A stretch of 64,000 bases of DNA from Eledone cirrhosa (GCA_964016885.1 OZ024750.1:42346001-42410000); one strand, 5' to 3'. Counted from the first letter of the stretch, positions 13,456 to 26,052 are shown. Notes: generated by a model not told the origin, from the sequence alone. Translations and numbers: made by a program.

Positions 13456-13663
13456 ATACAGATATGTTTGTTTCAAAGTTTTAATATTTATCTATATTTT
13501 AAAAAAAACTATCATATTTAAGAACCTTTAAGTTATATTCCAATGGCAAGATTAATAATAAAAAAGTTATATTACTATATCCTTCAAAATTCTATATATC
13601 CTGAAGACTATAGAAAAGCATAGGTAACATGTTTCATTAGAAATATGGTAAAGAAAGGGTTAA
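12367..13663 (+). mobile_element. MITE family B copy containing the 62-bp array
   Basis: The array continues into B body sequence and ends tttcattagaaatatggtaaagaaagggttaa. Confidence 0.75.
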
Positions 13664-13689
13664 AATAACCATTCTGTTTCAACCATGGC

Positions 13690-13749
<60 letters not shown>

Positions 13750-13902
13750 ATCAAAAGATGGTTAAATGAGTTCCATGTATTTTATTATGCGCATTTCAAA
13801 AACAAATATCATCATGCAATAACATTTGTGTTTTCATCAGATAAAATATGAGGACATGATATGAAGGTTAAAAACACTTGTGGATAGTGCAGTTTTAAAT
13901 CA

Positions 13903-13962
<60 letters not shown>

Positions 13963-13966
<4 letters not shown>

Positions 13967-14631
13967 GTGGCCGGTGCTCTGGTGCAATAAGTAGCAGCAA
14001 GTGCCCACAAAATACTAGCTCTTTCAATTGCGCAGAGGGTTCTATAGAAATAGTGGACAGTTTCCGTTACCTGGGTGATAAAATCACCAGTGGGGGAGGG
14101 TGCTCTGAAAGTACAGTAGCTAGAGTCAGAACTGGTTGGAAAAAGTTCAGAGAGCTTATACCACTATTAGCTGCTAAAGGGTTCTCCCTAAAAATGAAAG
14201 GCAGGTTGTACGATGCCTGCATACGAACAGCAATGTTGCATGGCAGTGAGACCTGGGCATTGTGTGCAGAGGATATACGCAGACTAGAGAGGAACGAAGC
14301 TTGCATGCTCCGCTGGATGTGTAACAGTAATATACGTGAACGGCAAAGCATAAACGAACTAAGGAAAAAATTAGAAATAAGAGGGATCAGATGTTGTTTA
14401 CTCGAGAGAAGGCTACGTTGGTATGGACACGTGATGCGCATGAAAGTCGATAGCTGTATAACAAAGTGCAGGGCAATAAAGATAGACGGTAGCCACGGAA
14501 TAGGCAGACCTAGAAAAACCTGGGACGAGCTGATAAACTCCGACCTCACACACTTACACCTCTCCAAGACAATGTCACTGGACCGAGACCTTTGGCGGTA
14601 CTCAGTAACAGAGAAGACCCGCCTTACCTAA
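13963..14631 (+). pseudogene. C-terminal fragment of RTE-type reverse transcriptase
   Basis: Open frame TCGRC...VDSFRYLG...KGRLYDACIRTAMLHGSETW...RRLRWYGHVMR...GRPRKTW, typical RTE ORF C-terminal motifs; no start codon or N-terminal domains. Confidence 0.9.
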
Positions 14632-15033
14632 ATACATAGTAAAACCTACTACAGCCAGTAGGCATCTCTAACAAAATACCCCCCCCCCCCCCTCCCCGTC
14701 CCTCCACCCCCACCCCATCCACACCACCCCGTTCTATGTAAAGTTATGTTGGTGCCACACCATCCAGGCCGAAACAAATGAGATCGTGTAGGTGTCACGA
14801 CAAAAAAACACACGGTCCACGCTGTAATGTGGCCGTGTAGGCAACACGGTAAAAACCTCCCAGACCCACACTGTAAATGTGGTTGGTGTTAGGAAGGGCA
14901 TCCAACTGTCTGCCAGACAGTCCTATGCGAGCAAGACAATCACTCTTGCCTCAAGTGGGACTACCCCCGTCCAAACCCATGCAAGCGTGGAACACGGACA
15001 TTAAACGTTGATGATGATGATGATGATGATGAT
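13963..15033 (+). mobile_element. 5'-truncated RTE-clade LINE (end of ORF, 3' UTR and (GAT)n tail) inserted in a (TA)n tract
   Basis: RT C-terminal coding sequence, ~400-bp UTR and gatgatgat tail; (TA)n on both sides. Confidence 0.9.
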
Positions 15034-15160
15034 ATATATATAAATATATATATATAAAACATTGCCGCAGGAACTCTCATCCAACCCATGCCAGTATAGA
15101 TGGAAAGTCGCCTTAAAAAGCAATATCATATACACACATGCACATATATATACACATGCT

Positions 15161-15191
<31 letters not shown>

Positions 15192-15404
15192 AATAAATAA
15201 CATACTGGTAGAATAAATCTTGACATCATTGCAAGTGTTTGAAGTAGTTATTATGAATCTTGAAATAGCAGGTAAAAAAAAAATATCTTCATATGACACA
15301 TTTCTTGTTCATTGAGTGTGTGAAATTCCAATATACTATGTGTCATCTCCATCTACACAGATAAATGGAGACAGTAACATCTGTCTGTTATATATTCTCC
15401 TGAT

Positions 15405-15526
15405 AGTTCAAATCCCACCAAGGTTAGCTTTGCCTTTCGTCCTTATAGGGGTCGGTAAAATAATGTACCAGTAATGTACTGGGATAATTGCTGGCCTTGT
15501 GGTGCCAAAAGTAGAAACAATTATTG
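15405..15526 (+). mobile_element. SINE family II, 5'-truncated
   Basis: B-box gttcaaatcc, core gcctttcgtccttataggggtcggtaaaa, tail gccaaaagtagaaacaattatt. Confidence 0.8.
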
Positions 15527-15530
15527 TCGT

Positions 15531-15962
15531 GGCGCATGGCTTAGTGGTTAGAGCATTGGGCTTGCAATCGAAAGGTTGTGAGTTCAATTCTCGGACCGGG
15601 TGATGTGTTGTTTCCTTGAGCAAGACACTTTATTTCACATTGCTCCAGTTTACTCAGCTGTAGAAATGAGATGATAGGGACTGGGGTCCATATCATTCCA
15701 CTGCAAAGTGGTCGTGGAGGTGCCACGGCAAAAAAGCACCCAGCCCACACTGTTAAGTGGAGGTGCCACGGTAATAAAGCACCCAGCACTCACTGTAAAT
15801 GAGGTTGGTGTTAGGAAGGGCATCCAGCTGTAGAAATCAAGCCAGAATCAGTTCCCATATAAGCAAGACAAGGTCAGCCGACCGGACACTGCCCACAACA
15901 GGACAACCCGTCTAACCCATGCTAGCGTGGAAGAACGGACGTAAAACAGTGATGATGATGAT
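15531..15962 (+). mobile_element. tRNA-derived SINE family I with RTE-derived 3' tail
   Basis: A-box tggcttagtgg, B-box gttcaattc, central ccttgagcaagacact domain, 3' part matching the LINE UTR at 14870-15033, (GAT)n tail; second copy at 63341-63794. Confidence 0.9.
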
Positions 15963-16125
15963 ATAGGATACCCCTCAATACTCTTGGTCAAGGTAACATC
16001 ATTGCAGTTTGCTTCTTGATATCAATCACGGTGTTGTCTTTCTGACCACATATCTCCATCAGTAACCAAGCCAATGTCCACCATAATGTTGTCTTTGTGG
16101 CCACATACCTACATGTTAGAAATAT

Positions 16126-16690
16126 ACCACAATGTTGGTATACTAATCACATGTAGCCAATTCAGTCTTGGTGTACTAATCACATGTAGCCAGTGGCTTT
16201 ACAATGTTGGTATATTTCTCGCATGTAGCCAATTCAGTCTTGGTATACTAATCACATGTAGCCAATTCAGTCTTGGTATACTAATCGCATGTAGCCAGTG
16301 GCTTTACAATGTTGGTATACTTCTCACATGTAGCCAATTCAGTCTTGGTATACTAATTGCATGTAGCCAGTGGCTTTACAATGTTGGTATATTTCTCACA
16401 TGTAGCCAATCCAGTCTTGGTATACTAATCACATGTAGCCAGTGGCTTTCCAATGTGGTATACTTCCCACATGTAGCCAACAGCCTCACAATGTTGGTAT
16501 ACTTCTCACATGTAGCCAACGGCCTCACAATGTTGGTATACTTCTCACATGTAGCCAACAGCCTCACAATGTTGGTATACTTCTCACATGTAGCCAACAG
16601 CCTCACAATGTTGGTATACTTCTCGCATGTAGGTAATTCAGTGTTGGCACACTAAGCACATGTAGGCAATTACTTCACAATGTTGGCCTA
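16126..16690. repeat. 33/39-bp two-variant minisatellite
   Basis: Core ttggtatact(aa/tc)tcacatgtagcca followed by either attcagtc or gtggctttacaatg/acagcctcacaatg. Confidence 0.9.
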
Positions 16691-17808
16691 CTAACATGTA
16701 GCCAGTTGCCAGGGCACTAACAAAGAATAGACCATAATAGCTGAGGAACTGAATGCCACATTTAGCAGAATTTCTGCAGTAACTGGCACCTTCCTTTGTC
16801 TGGTGGCGTTTGTGGTCAAAGTTACTGGTATTCCTCAGCAGATTCTTCTTCTTTGGTCACACAATTCCTGATGACACCAACATTGTTGTCATATCTTCCA
16901 TGTTGTTTTTCACTTCTTACACTCTCCTCTTTCGTGCAGTGCTACATGTGTGCTGTTGCTCTTCTGCTTATTGTAGTCACCACCTTACATGTGCAGTGCA
17001 GCATGTGCGGTGTTTCTCTTCTGCTTATATTGTAGCCTGCACCGTGCAGCGTGTGTTGCATAATGTGGTGTTGCTGCCTGTCTTACATATTCAGTGCATC
17101 ATATGTGGTGTCGTTCTTCTGCACCTTACAGTGCAGCATGTCTGATGTTGTTATTCCATGTGTTGCTCCAATATGTTTGTGCAGTACATCATAGGCAGTG
17201 TTGCTCTACAGCAAAGGTTCTCAACCCATAACCCCCCCCCCCCCCCTATTTTTCCATTTTTCAATATACTACTGATTTTAATATCAGTAGATTACTGGGC
17301 CAAATCAAATAATGTTAGAATCTTTAAAAAATACTTGTACGAATTAAATAGAAAAAAATTTCAGTCCAAAACAAAAGCAAGCTATTTCAAATTATATATA
17401 TAAAAAAAAAGACGTGAATGTTCTCAAAGATTTGATATCAGTCGAAAAAGCTTTTTTTTTTTAAATTCTATATTTCACTGTTAGCTGTTGTAATATTTCT
17501 AGTGGATAGACAATTCTACAATTCAAACTGTAAAGTCAAAATACAAAAGATGCAAAATATGAAGAAATTCTTACCTTTCTCTTGAATAAAATACCTTGAT
17601 CACAAACTTAGTTGCAACGAATGAATTGAGATGCTTAGTGACAGTGAACAAACAATATCTGTATCCCTTTATATGTATATATACATAGATAGATAGATAC
17701 ACACACACACACACACACAAACTTGTGTGTGCCTTGTTTTTGGTACAGAAAGAATTTTGTCTCCAGTTTTTATTGCCGGGTCAAAGGCCACTGCTCTTTT
17801 CAACAACA

Positions 17809-17888
<80 letters not shown>

Positions 17889-18025
17889 GTGTGTGTGTTT
17901 GGTACATGTCTATCTATCTATCTATCTCTCCAACAGGGGGCTGAAACATACGGCCCTGCAAACTACTTTTCTATGACCCGTGGTAGAACCAATATTTCAA
18001 ATTCCATTATAACTGGTGAAAATAA

Positions 18026-18236
18026 GGCAGTGAGCTGGTGGAATCGTTAGCACATCTGGTGAAATGCTTAGCGGTACTTCTGTTTTTACGTTCCGAGTTC
18101 AAATTCTGCTGATCTCAACTTTACCTTTCAACCTTTTGGGGTCGATAAATTCAGTACCAGTTGTGAACTGGGATCGATGTAATCGACGGGACCCTAAACC
18201 CTAAATTTCATGCCTTGTGCCTATAGTAGAAATGTA
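18026..18236 (+). mobile_element. Full-length SINE family II with 16-bp TSD
   Basis: Head ggcagtgagctggtggaatcgttag, B-box gttcaaattc; TSD tataactggtgaaaat at 18008-18023 and 18237-18252. Confidence 0.9.
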
Positions 18237-18337
18237 TATAACTGGTGAAAATCATCAACCACCACCATGTTTGGTCCACTGTGCCTCTCCTCCAGGACGT
18301 AATGGCCCTTTTATGTCCTTCAGTTTGAGACCCCTCT

Positions 18338-18417
<80 letters not shown>

Positions 18418-18429
18418 CACTTTACTTTT

Positions 18430-18643
18430 TTTTCTGTCTTTGGACACCTTGGTAAGTTATGGGATGTCAACAAACCAACAAGCATTGGTGGGAGCGCAAA
18501 CGCAAAGACACACACGGACATATATACGACGCGCTTCTTTTAGTTTCGGTCTATCAAATCCACTCCCAGGGCTTTGGTCGGTCCGGGCAGTGGGACTAAA
18601 CCCGGAAACATGTGGTTGGGAAGCAAGCTTCTTGTCACACTGC
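18430..18643 (-). mobile_element. Degenerate SINE of another family
   Basis: tagtttcggtctatcaaatccactcccagggctttggtcgg...gggactaaacccggaaacatgtggttgg (reverse B-box-like); related fragment at ~60655-60735. Family assignment is from memory of octopus repeats. Confidence 0.6.
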
Positions 18644-18644
18644 G

Positions 18645-18691
<47 letters not shown>

Positions 18692-19013
18692 TATCAAATT
18701 AACAATGAAAATAAAAAGAACAAAGTCAAGTTATTTTATAACTTTGTTTTTATTTTTATTTTTAATTAAATACCTTGTATGTGCCCTCCCATTGAGAACC
18801 TTTGCTCTACAGCTTATTGTTATCTGCCTGTTAGAAGATGTGCAGTATATACTGGTGCTGCCCTCTCTGGTTTTTAACTTTACAAGTTTGGAAGAACTTC
18901 TGCCAATGTTGCATCTTTTACAAGTTACCATCTGTGATATTGATGTTGGTAACTTTTGAACTGATTAACCAAGTGACATGAGATGATGATGGAGGAGAGG
19001 GGTATTTGTGTCC

Positions 19014-19429
19014 TCATCATCATCATCATCGCTTAGCGTCTATCTTCCACGCTAACATGAGTTAGATGGGAATTGTCCCACTTGAGGCAAGATTGGTCAG
19101 TGACCGTGTCTCAATCGTATAGGACTGTCTGGCAGGTTTTCTACGGCTGGATGCCCTTCCTAACACCAACCACGTTTACAGTGTGGAACTGGGAGCTTTT
19201 TACCGTGTTACCTACAAGGCCACATTACAGCGTGGACTGTGTGTTTCTTTGTTGTGACACCTACACGACCTCATTTATTTAGGGCTGGATGTTGTGGTAC
19301 CAACATGACTTTAGAGAGAAAGGGTGGTGTGGGAGGATGGAGTAGGGGTAGTAGGATGGAGTGTATGTTTAGTTAAGAGGTGCCTACTGACTGTAGGTTT
19401 CGCTTTGTATATAGGCAATGTGGGTCTTC

Positions 19430-19433
<4 letters not shown>
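19014..19433 (-). mobile_element. Second, shorter copy of the RTE LINE 3' end
   Basis: Reverse complement is collinear with 14608-15033 (gaagacc...agtaggca...gtgtaggtgtcac...gttggtgttaggaagggcatcc...(gat)n). Confidence 0.88.
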
Positions 19434-20180
<747 letters not shown>

Positions 20181-20594
20181 GAGGGAGAGGTATGTTGAAA
20201 TATGTTTGAGAAATAAAACTGGATTGAGTGCAAGGATTGGTTTAAAGTAAAAATTAAATTAGCTGCAATGTTCTCATAGCATCTTACAGTGTTCCTAGTA
20301 AAATAGGGTGAAGGGGTCTGTCTGGGTGAGGACTGTGGTGGGGGAGGGGGGGGGGGGGGGGGTGATGGGGGGGTAGTTGTATATAGGAGGGTGGGGTTGG
20401 TGATGGGTGGTAGTTGTATATAGGGAAGGTGGGGGAGGGGTGGAGTAGTTGTATATAGGGAGGGTGGGATGGGTGCCCCCCCCCCTTCATCATTGTACTG
20501 TCTTCACTGGACACTGTCATTTTATTTACTCCTGTCTGTCTCTCTATACTTTTAAAATGTCTTACCCACGGTTCACCTCTGTTAGTAATCTACT

Positions 20595-20946
20595 CACTTA
20601 CCCACCCATCTACCAACCGTCCTACTCACCCACCGTCCTGCCCATCTACCCCGCAGTCCTACTCACCCACCCATCTATCCACCATCCTACCCATCTACCC
20701 ACCGTCCTGCCCACCCACCCGTCTACCCACCGTCCTACTCACCCACCCGTCTACCCACCGTCCTACTCACCCACCCGTCTACCCACCGTCCTACTCACCC
20801 ACCGTCCTACCCACCGTCCACCCGTCTACCCACCGTCCTACTCACCCACCGTCCTGCCCACCGTCCTACTCACCCACCCGTCTACCCACCGTCCTGCCCA
20901 CCACCCGTCTACCCACCGTCCTACTCACCCACCCGTCTACCCACCC
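20595..20946. repeat. C-rich minisatellite (ccacccgtctacccaccgtcctactcac-like)
   Basis: Shuffled 12-16-bp subunits. Confidence 0.85.
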
Positions 20947-21409
20947 AGTATTAGACTGCATTATTTCACTGGTTTCCACCCTTTATCCCCCTCCCCCCAG
21001 TCCTCTATACCTTATTTCATCTTCACCTTACCATTTCACTTCCTATTAATCACTGCCAACCTGGCCTCCCCCCACCTCTCTCCCTCTCCAAACCCTCATA
21101 CGCCACCTCTCTCTCCCTATTCCTCCCCACTCCCTCTCTTCTAATACTTTCATCTCTCACCTTCCACCTTCTCCCCCCTCTCCCCTTTTTCTCATTAACC
21201 TCATTCTGTTTTTCATGTCCATTTCTTACCCCCCCCCCTCCCACCGCAACTGTTTTTTTTCCTCATCCCTTCCCCTCCTATAATTTATTTAACTTCTACC
21301 CCTTTTCTCTCTCCTCCCCCTACATTTCTATCTCCATAAAACATTCAATCTGTTTTTCCTTACGCCTACCCCCTCGTCCACACCCATCAGCTCTTGTTTG
21401 TTACCCTCA

Positions 21410-21665
21410 CCCCACCCCTTTGTACTTTAACCCCCCCCCCGCCTTTCTACTGTAATATCCCCACTCCACCCCTTTGTACTGTAATACCCCCTGCCCCTTT
21501 CTACCGTGACACCCCCCACCCATCCCTTTCTACCGTAACACCCCACCCACCCCTTTCTACCGCAACACCCCTCCAACCCCTTTCTACCGTAACACCCCCG
21601 CCCACCTCTTTCTACCGTAACACCCCCACCCACCCATTTCTACTGTAGCACCCCACCCCACCCCT
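21410..21665. repeat. Degenerate ~30-bp C-rich repeat (ccctttctaccgtaacacccc)
   Basis: About 8 diverged units. Confidence 0.75.
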
Positions 21666-21800
21666 ACATATATTTCTCAGTCATCCTCTACATTACTTAG
21701 TCTATCTTTACATAACCTTCTATGTCCCCTCCCCACCCCATCTCTTCACTTAAACACCTTTTTACTTTTTTTTTTATACCCCACCCCAGTATATATAGAG

Positions 21801-21988
21801 TAATTGTTTCTACTTTGGGCACAAGGCCAGCAATTACCCAGTGCATTACTGGTACTTTATTTTATCGACCCCCGTAAGGATGAAAGGCAAAGTCAACTCG
21901 GTGGGATTTGAACTCAGATCGTAAAGGGACGTAATTGTGCTGGAAAGCATGGCGTCCGACCCTCTACCGATACTGCCAATCCACCGCC
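21801..21988 (-). mobile_element. Full-length SINE family II
   Basis: Reverse B-box ggatttgaactc; head ends ccaccgcc; closely similar to 56907-57093. Confidence 0.88.
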
Positions 21989-22197
21989 ATTTTTTATAAT
22001 AATAATGTATGTTATAATATATCTTTAGGTAGAGTATTAGAAATCACAGATGGGCAGCCATGTTGATAGCCAGATAAATCTCTCTTAAAAGGTCTATACA
22101 TGCTTATTAACTGAATGGAAAATATATTACACTTTGTAATAGTTTTGTTTTGTGTGTTGCTTCTTTTTGTTTGAATTCCTTCACTTCACAACTGCCT

Positions 22198-22798
22198 TAT
22201 TATGTCTATATATTAAATAGAACTGTCTCAGGTTCTATTACATCTATATATTAAATAGAACTGTCCCTGGTTCTATTGTTACATCTATATATTAAATAGA
22301 ACTGTCTCAGGTTCTATTATATCTATATATTAAATAGAACCGTCCCAGGTTCTATTATTATGTCTATATATTAAATAGAACTGTCTCAGGTTCTATTATG
22401 TCTATATATTAAATAGAACTGTCTCAAGTTCTATTATATCTATATATTAAATAGAACTGTCCCTGGTTTTATTGTTACATCTATATATTAAATAGAACTG
22501 TGTCGGGTTCTATTATATCTATATATTAAATAGAACCGTCCCAGGTTCTATTATTATGTCTATATATTAAATAGAACCGTCCCAGGTTCTATTATTATGT
22601 CTATATATTAAATAGAACCGTCCCAGGTTCTATTATTATGTCTATTTATTAAATAGAACTGTCCCAGGTTCTATTGTTATATCTATATATTAAATAGAAC
22701 TGTCCCAGGTTCTATTGTTATATCTATATATTAAATAGAACTGTCCCTGGTTCTATTGTTACATCTATATATTAAATAGAACTGTCCCTGGTTCTATG
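22198..22798. repeat. 38/41-bp minisatellite with internal hairpin, ~15 copies
   Basis: Unit tctatatattaaATAGAACtgtcccagGTTCTATt(gtt)aca. Confidence 0.95.
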
Positions 22799-23006
22799 AT
22801 CCAAAGCAGGTGTTTTAAAGCATATTTATCTAAGAATTGTCCATCATAATATTATGTAAGAACCTTTGTTAATTAATGCTTCAAACAACAGATAATGAGT
22901 AAGTTTTTATATTATTAAATCAATCCAAATTCTTGGATTATTTTCAAAATCATTTGAAAATTATAAGCAATGCCTCTCATTGAAAATATGATAATGAAAG
23001 GGTCAA
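22779..23006 (+). mobile_element. MITE family B body and right terminus
   Basis: gaactgtccctggttctatgat...aagaacctttgtt...tcattgaaaatatgataatgaaagggtcaa. Confidence 0.7.
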
Positions 23007-23458
23007 TGTATATACTAATTATGAAATAAAGTCCTGTCTTTTATCAACAGGTTTGATCAAGCTTTTCACAAATGTTCTTGTACCATTTGTGTGTTTATGT
23101 GGGCTCTTGGGTGATAATTAAAAGGCAATTCTCCTTTCAAAAAGGGAGTTTCCTTTGTTAAACTCCTAGTAAAATATAAAAACAAAGTGTTGAATACTTT
23201 TTCTTTCTATCTTCAACATGGTACCAACCACATAAAAACTGGCACTGACCAAATTCACTAATTCTCTTCTTATTTGGTAAAAAAAAAAAAAAGATGTGAA
23301 CTGTTGCTATACTTTGAAAACTATGTGAAGCATGTTGGAACTTGAATCTAACTTGGGTGCAAAAAACTGTTGGTATAGTTATTTCTAGAATTTTCTCAGT
23401 TTTGTTTAGAATGTTCAAATTGTTTGTGTTCACATACTGTTAATAATACTTGATGCTC

Positions 23459-23904
23459 TTAACCCTTTAACATTTACATTACTCTATGTTTATTGTTCGT
23501 ATTTTCACAGTCTCACATATTATTGAATCTGATGGCGCATAGCTGAGTGGTAGGGAATTGGTATAGCAATTGTGAGGTTGTGAGTTCAATTCCTGAACCA
23601 GGTGATCTGTTGTGTCCTTGAGCAAGACACTTTATTTCATGTTGCTCCTTCTTCCAGGACTAGCGACCGGTAGATAGTACTAGCAATTGGAAAGACCAAT
23701 GGAAACATTGTTTCCTCAGTCTGATCTGACGAGGTCTGGGATCTTGTCGATCGACTGTCGATATCAAATCTACGAGATTTTGATATCATTTATTTTGAGA
23801 GCAATACCTTAACATAAGTACGAGCAGCCAGTTACAGCCAGTTTGAACAGAAAGAGGTGAGAGAATTCTGGCCGGATATGGCCAGTTTAAATGCTAAAGG
23901 GTTA
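23459..23904 (+). mobile_element. MITE family A interrupted by a SINE
   Basis: ttaaccctttaacattt...aaatgctaaagggtta; A body resumes at 23761. Confidence 0.8.
23534..23760 (+). mobile_element. SINE with family-I-type head and a different tail
   Basis: ggcgcatagctgagtgg...gttcaattcc...gtgtccttgagcaagacact; flanked by tattgaatct / tatcaaatct, a probable TSD. Confidence 0.75.
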
Positions 23905-24240
23905 CTACCATGTAAATGTTTGATGGCAGTTATTGTAGGTAAAGTATACACAGTAATTAGACTTCAGTATATATCATTTTTATTACAAGGTTAGTGTATG
24001 TTGCACTGATGTTGGGTAAACTTTAAATGTCCTCTAATTGTACACTGGGGAGTGTTTGTAGATGGCCATAGATGAATTCTCCAAAAGTATAGTAGCAAGT
24101 GGTTGAAAGAGAGAAGCCACAACACAACTTTACAACTACAACAGCATTCATAGTCATTACATTTGGCCAACACAAAGAAACATGAATTATAGTGAACAAT
24201 ATATTACATCACTCTGGGATTATACAACATATCTGGGTCC

Positions 24241-24539
24241 TTAACTCTTTTATTATCATTGAAATACACAGCAGGGAAAGTTGATATTAAATGATGATAC
24301 TACATATTGTGTTTCAATAAATTTGGAGGAATTTAATGTAATAATTAAGTATATTATTAGTGAGCTGATATTTAGAATATTACTTAAGAAGATTTTCTAA
24401 AATAAAATTGTGATGGAAAGTTTTAATATAAAAATATTTTAAAATGTGAAGATTTGTGTTGTAAATCTAGTGGGATTTCAACTGGTTTGATACCAGTTTG
24501 GTACCAGGTGGTTTGGTGTTAAGTGGTTTGGTATCAAAA
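24241..24539 (-). mobile_element. Diverged MITE family B copy
   Basis: ttaactcttttattatcat at one end and aagtggtttggtatcaaaa at the other. Confidence 0.55.
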
Positions 24540-24542
24540 TTG

Positions 24543-24981
24543 TCAACTCTGAAGCTGCAGGAAACCATCACTCGTTTTACAATACAAAACTGTTTATTTA
24601 TCTAAAAACCTTCCATTGTGGTTTTATGCAAGAACCTTTATGTTTTCCAACAACAGCTTAATCCTTTAGCATTCCCATTACTCTATATATACTATTATAT
24701 TTTCATGGTAAAGGCTTTACCTCACATAATATCGAATCTATGAGATTTTGAAAGTATTTATTTTGAGAACAATACCTTAACATCAGTTTGAGCGACCAGT
24801 TACAGCCAGTTTCAACAGAGAGAGAGGTAGAGAATTCTGGCCGTTTTTGGCCGGTTTGAACATTAAAGGGTGAATGTAAAAGTCACATTTACTAAATATC
24901 TCAGAATTCTTGATTATCTTCAAAATTATTTGTAAATTATGGACAGTTTCTCATTAGAAGTCTGGTAACGGAAAAGGTTGA
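24543..24981 (+). mobile_element. MITE family B copy split by a MITE A insertion
   Basis: B body up to caacagcTTAA resumes after 24874 and ends tcattagaagtctggtaacggaaaaggttga. Confidence 0.6.
24658..24874 (+). mobile_element. MITE family A
   Basis: ttaatcctttagcatt...aacattaaagggtgaa; nearly identical in body to the 53918 copy. Confidence 0.82.
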
Positions 24982-25499
24982 CTTTTTATAACAATTTAGC
25001 ATCATAACCACCATCATCATCATCATCATCATCATCATACAGCCCATCCTTTTATACCATCTACTTATAAACTGACTAGAGAGCCTCCATGTGAATACTT
25101 GGCCTGCTAGAAATAGCTGCCAAATCTCCATCAAATATCACCAATCACTCCACATCTGGTAGAACAACAACAATAACGGTTTTGACAAGATATAAAGGCT
25201 GTGATATACTCTTGTGACAAGATATAAAGATAGTGATATACTCTTGTGACATGAGTTATGTGAAACAGCTTGAAATGGTGATTGTAACCTTGTTATGGTT
25301 TTAAGTTAGAGAACTTGCATCATGCTTTAATATGTTCATCCGATTAGTGTTAATATTAATGCTATTAATTAGTTAAAACATTCAACCTCCACTTCTAGAC
25401 AAACATTTAATTATGCTGAGTGCTGTAGATACAACGAATCAAGAAATGGAGTTACATTTTGTTTTCCTGGTGAAACACAACCCACTGTTCTTATACGGT

Positions 25500-25785
25500 G
25501 AAGTTGTAAGCTCTAGTGGTTAGGGTGTTGGACTTGTGATCAGAACATCATAGGTTTCAATTCTTGGACTGGGTTGTCTGTTGTGGTCTTCGACAAAACT
25601 CTTCATTTCACATTACTCCAGTATACTCAGTCAAATATGAGTACCAGCAGTAGCTGGAGGTTTAAATCTACGATGGACTAGCTTCCTGTCCAGGGAGGAG
25701 TCTTGTACTCTCAGTCACTTAACACCAAGAAAATTTGGATAAGCACCAACCTGGTGAGTCTCGGGGCTCGAGACAGTCTTTAGAC
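25500..25785 (+). mobile_element. SINE family III (family-I-like head, cgatggact...tgtccaggg tail)
   Basis: Collinear with 48904-49185. Confidence 0.8.
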
Positions 25786-26052
25786 ATTTTTTAGACACAA
25801 GTAATACCTGAGTTGTGGGATTTGAATAATGTAACCTGTAGTATCTTATTGACATTGGTGTAGTGGTGAGAACTTAGCAAATTGAACCTATAGCCTGATT
25901 TTGTTTTCATTCTTGGAGCAGTTCAATTCCTTCTCCAATCTCCCTTGGAAAGCCCTCATTGCTATTAACTCACGAACCACATGAAACTACCCCTCATTCT
26001 ATGATACTAAGTTTATTTTAAAGTATTGATATTTAATTAAAACTCTTCCAAA

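Larger units (their letters stand above)
17212..18804. mobile_element. hAT-type non-autonomous transposon, 1593 bp, with nested insertions
   Basis: Perfect 13-bp TIRs caaaggttctcaa / ttgagaacctttg and perfect 8-bp TSD ctctacag (17204-17211, 18805-18812). Confidence 0.9.

Noticed and set aside
15531-15605. tRNA gene
   Set aside because: A and B boxes belong to a SINE head that continues into core and LINE-derived tail; the same applies at 23534, 48904 and 63794.
16700-17211. Coding-looking sequence flanking the hAT element
   Set aside because: Joining the flanks across the TSD still gives early stops in the frames checked; the right part is a decayed tandem repeat with no recognisable motif.
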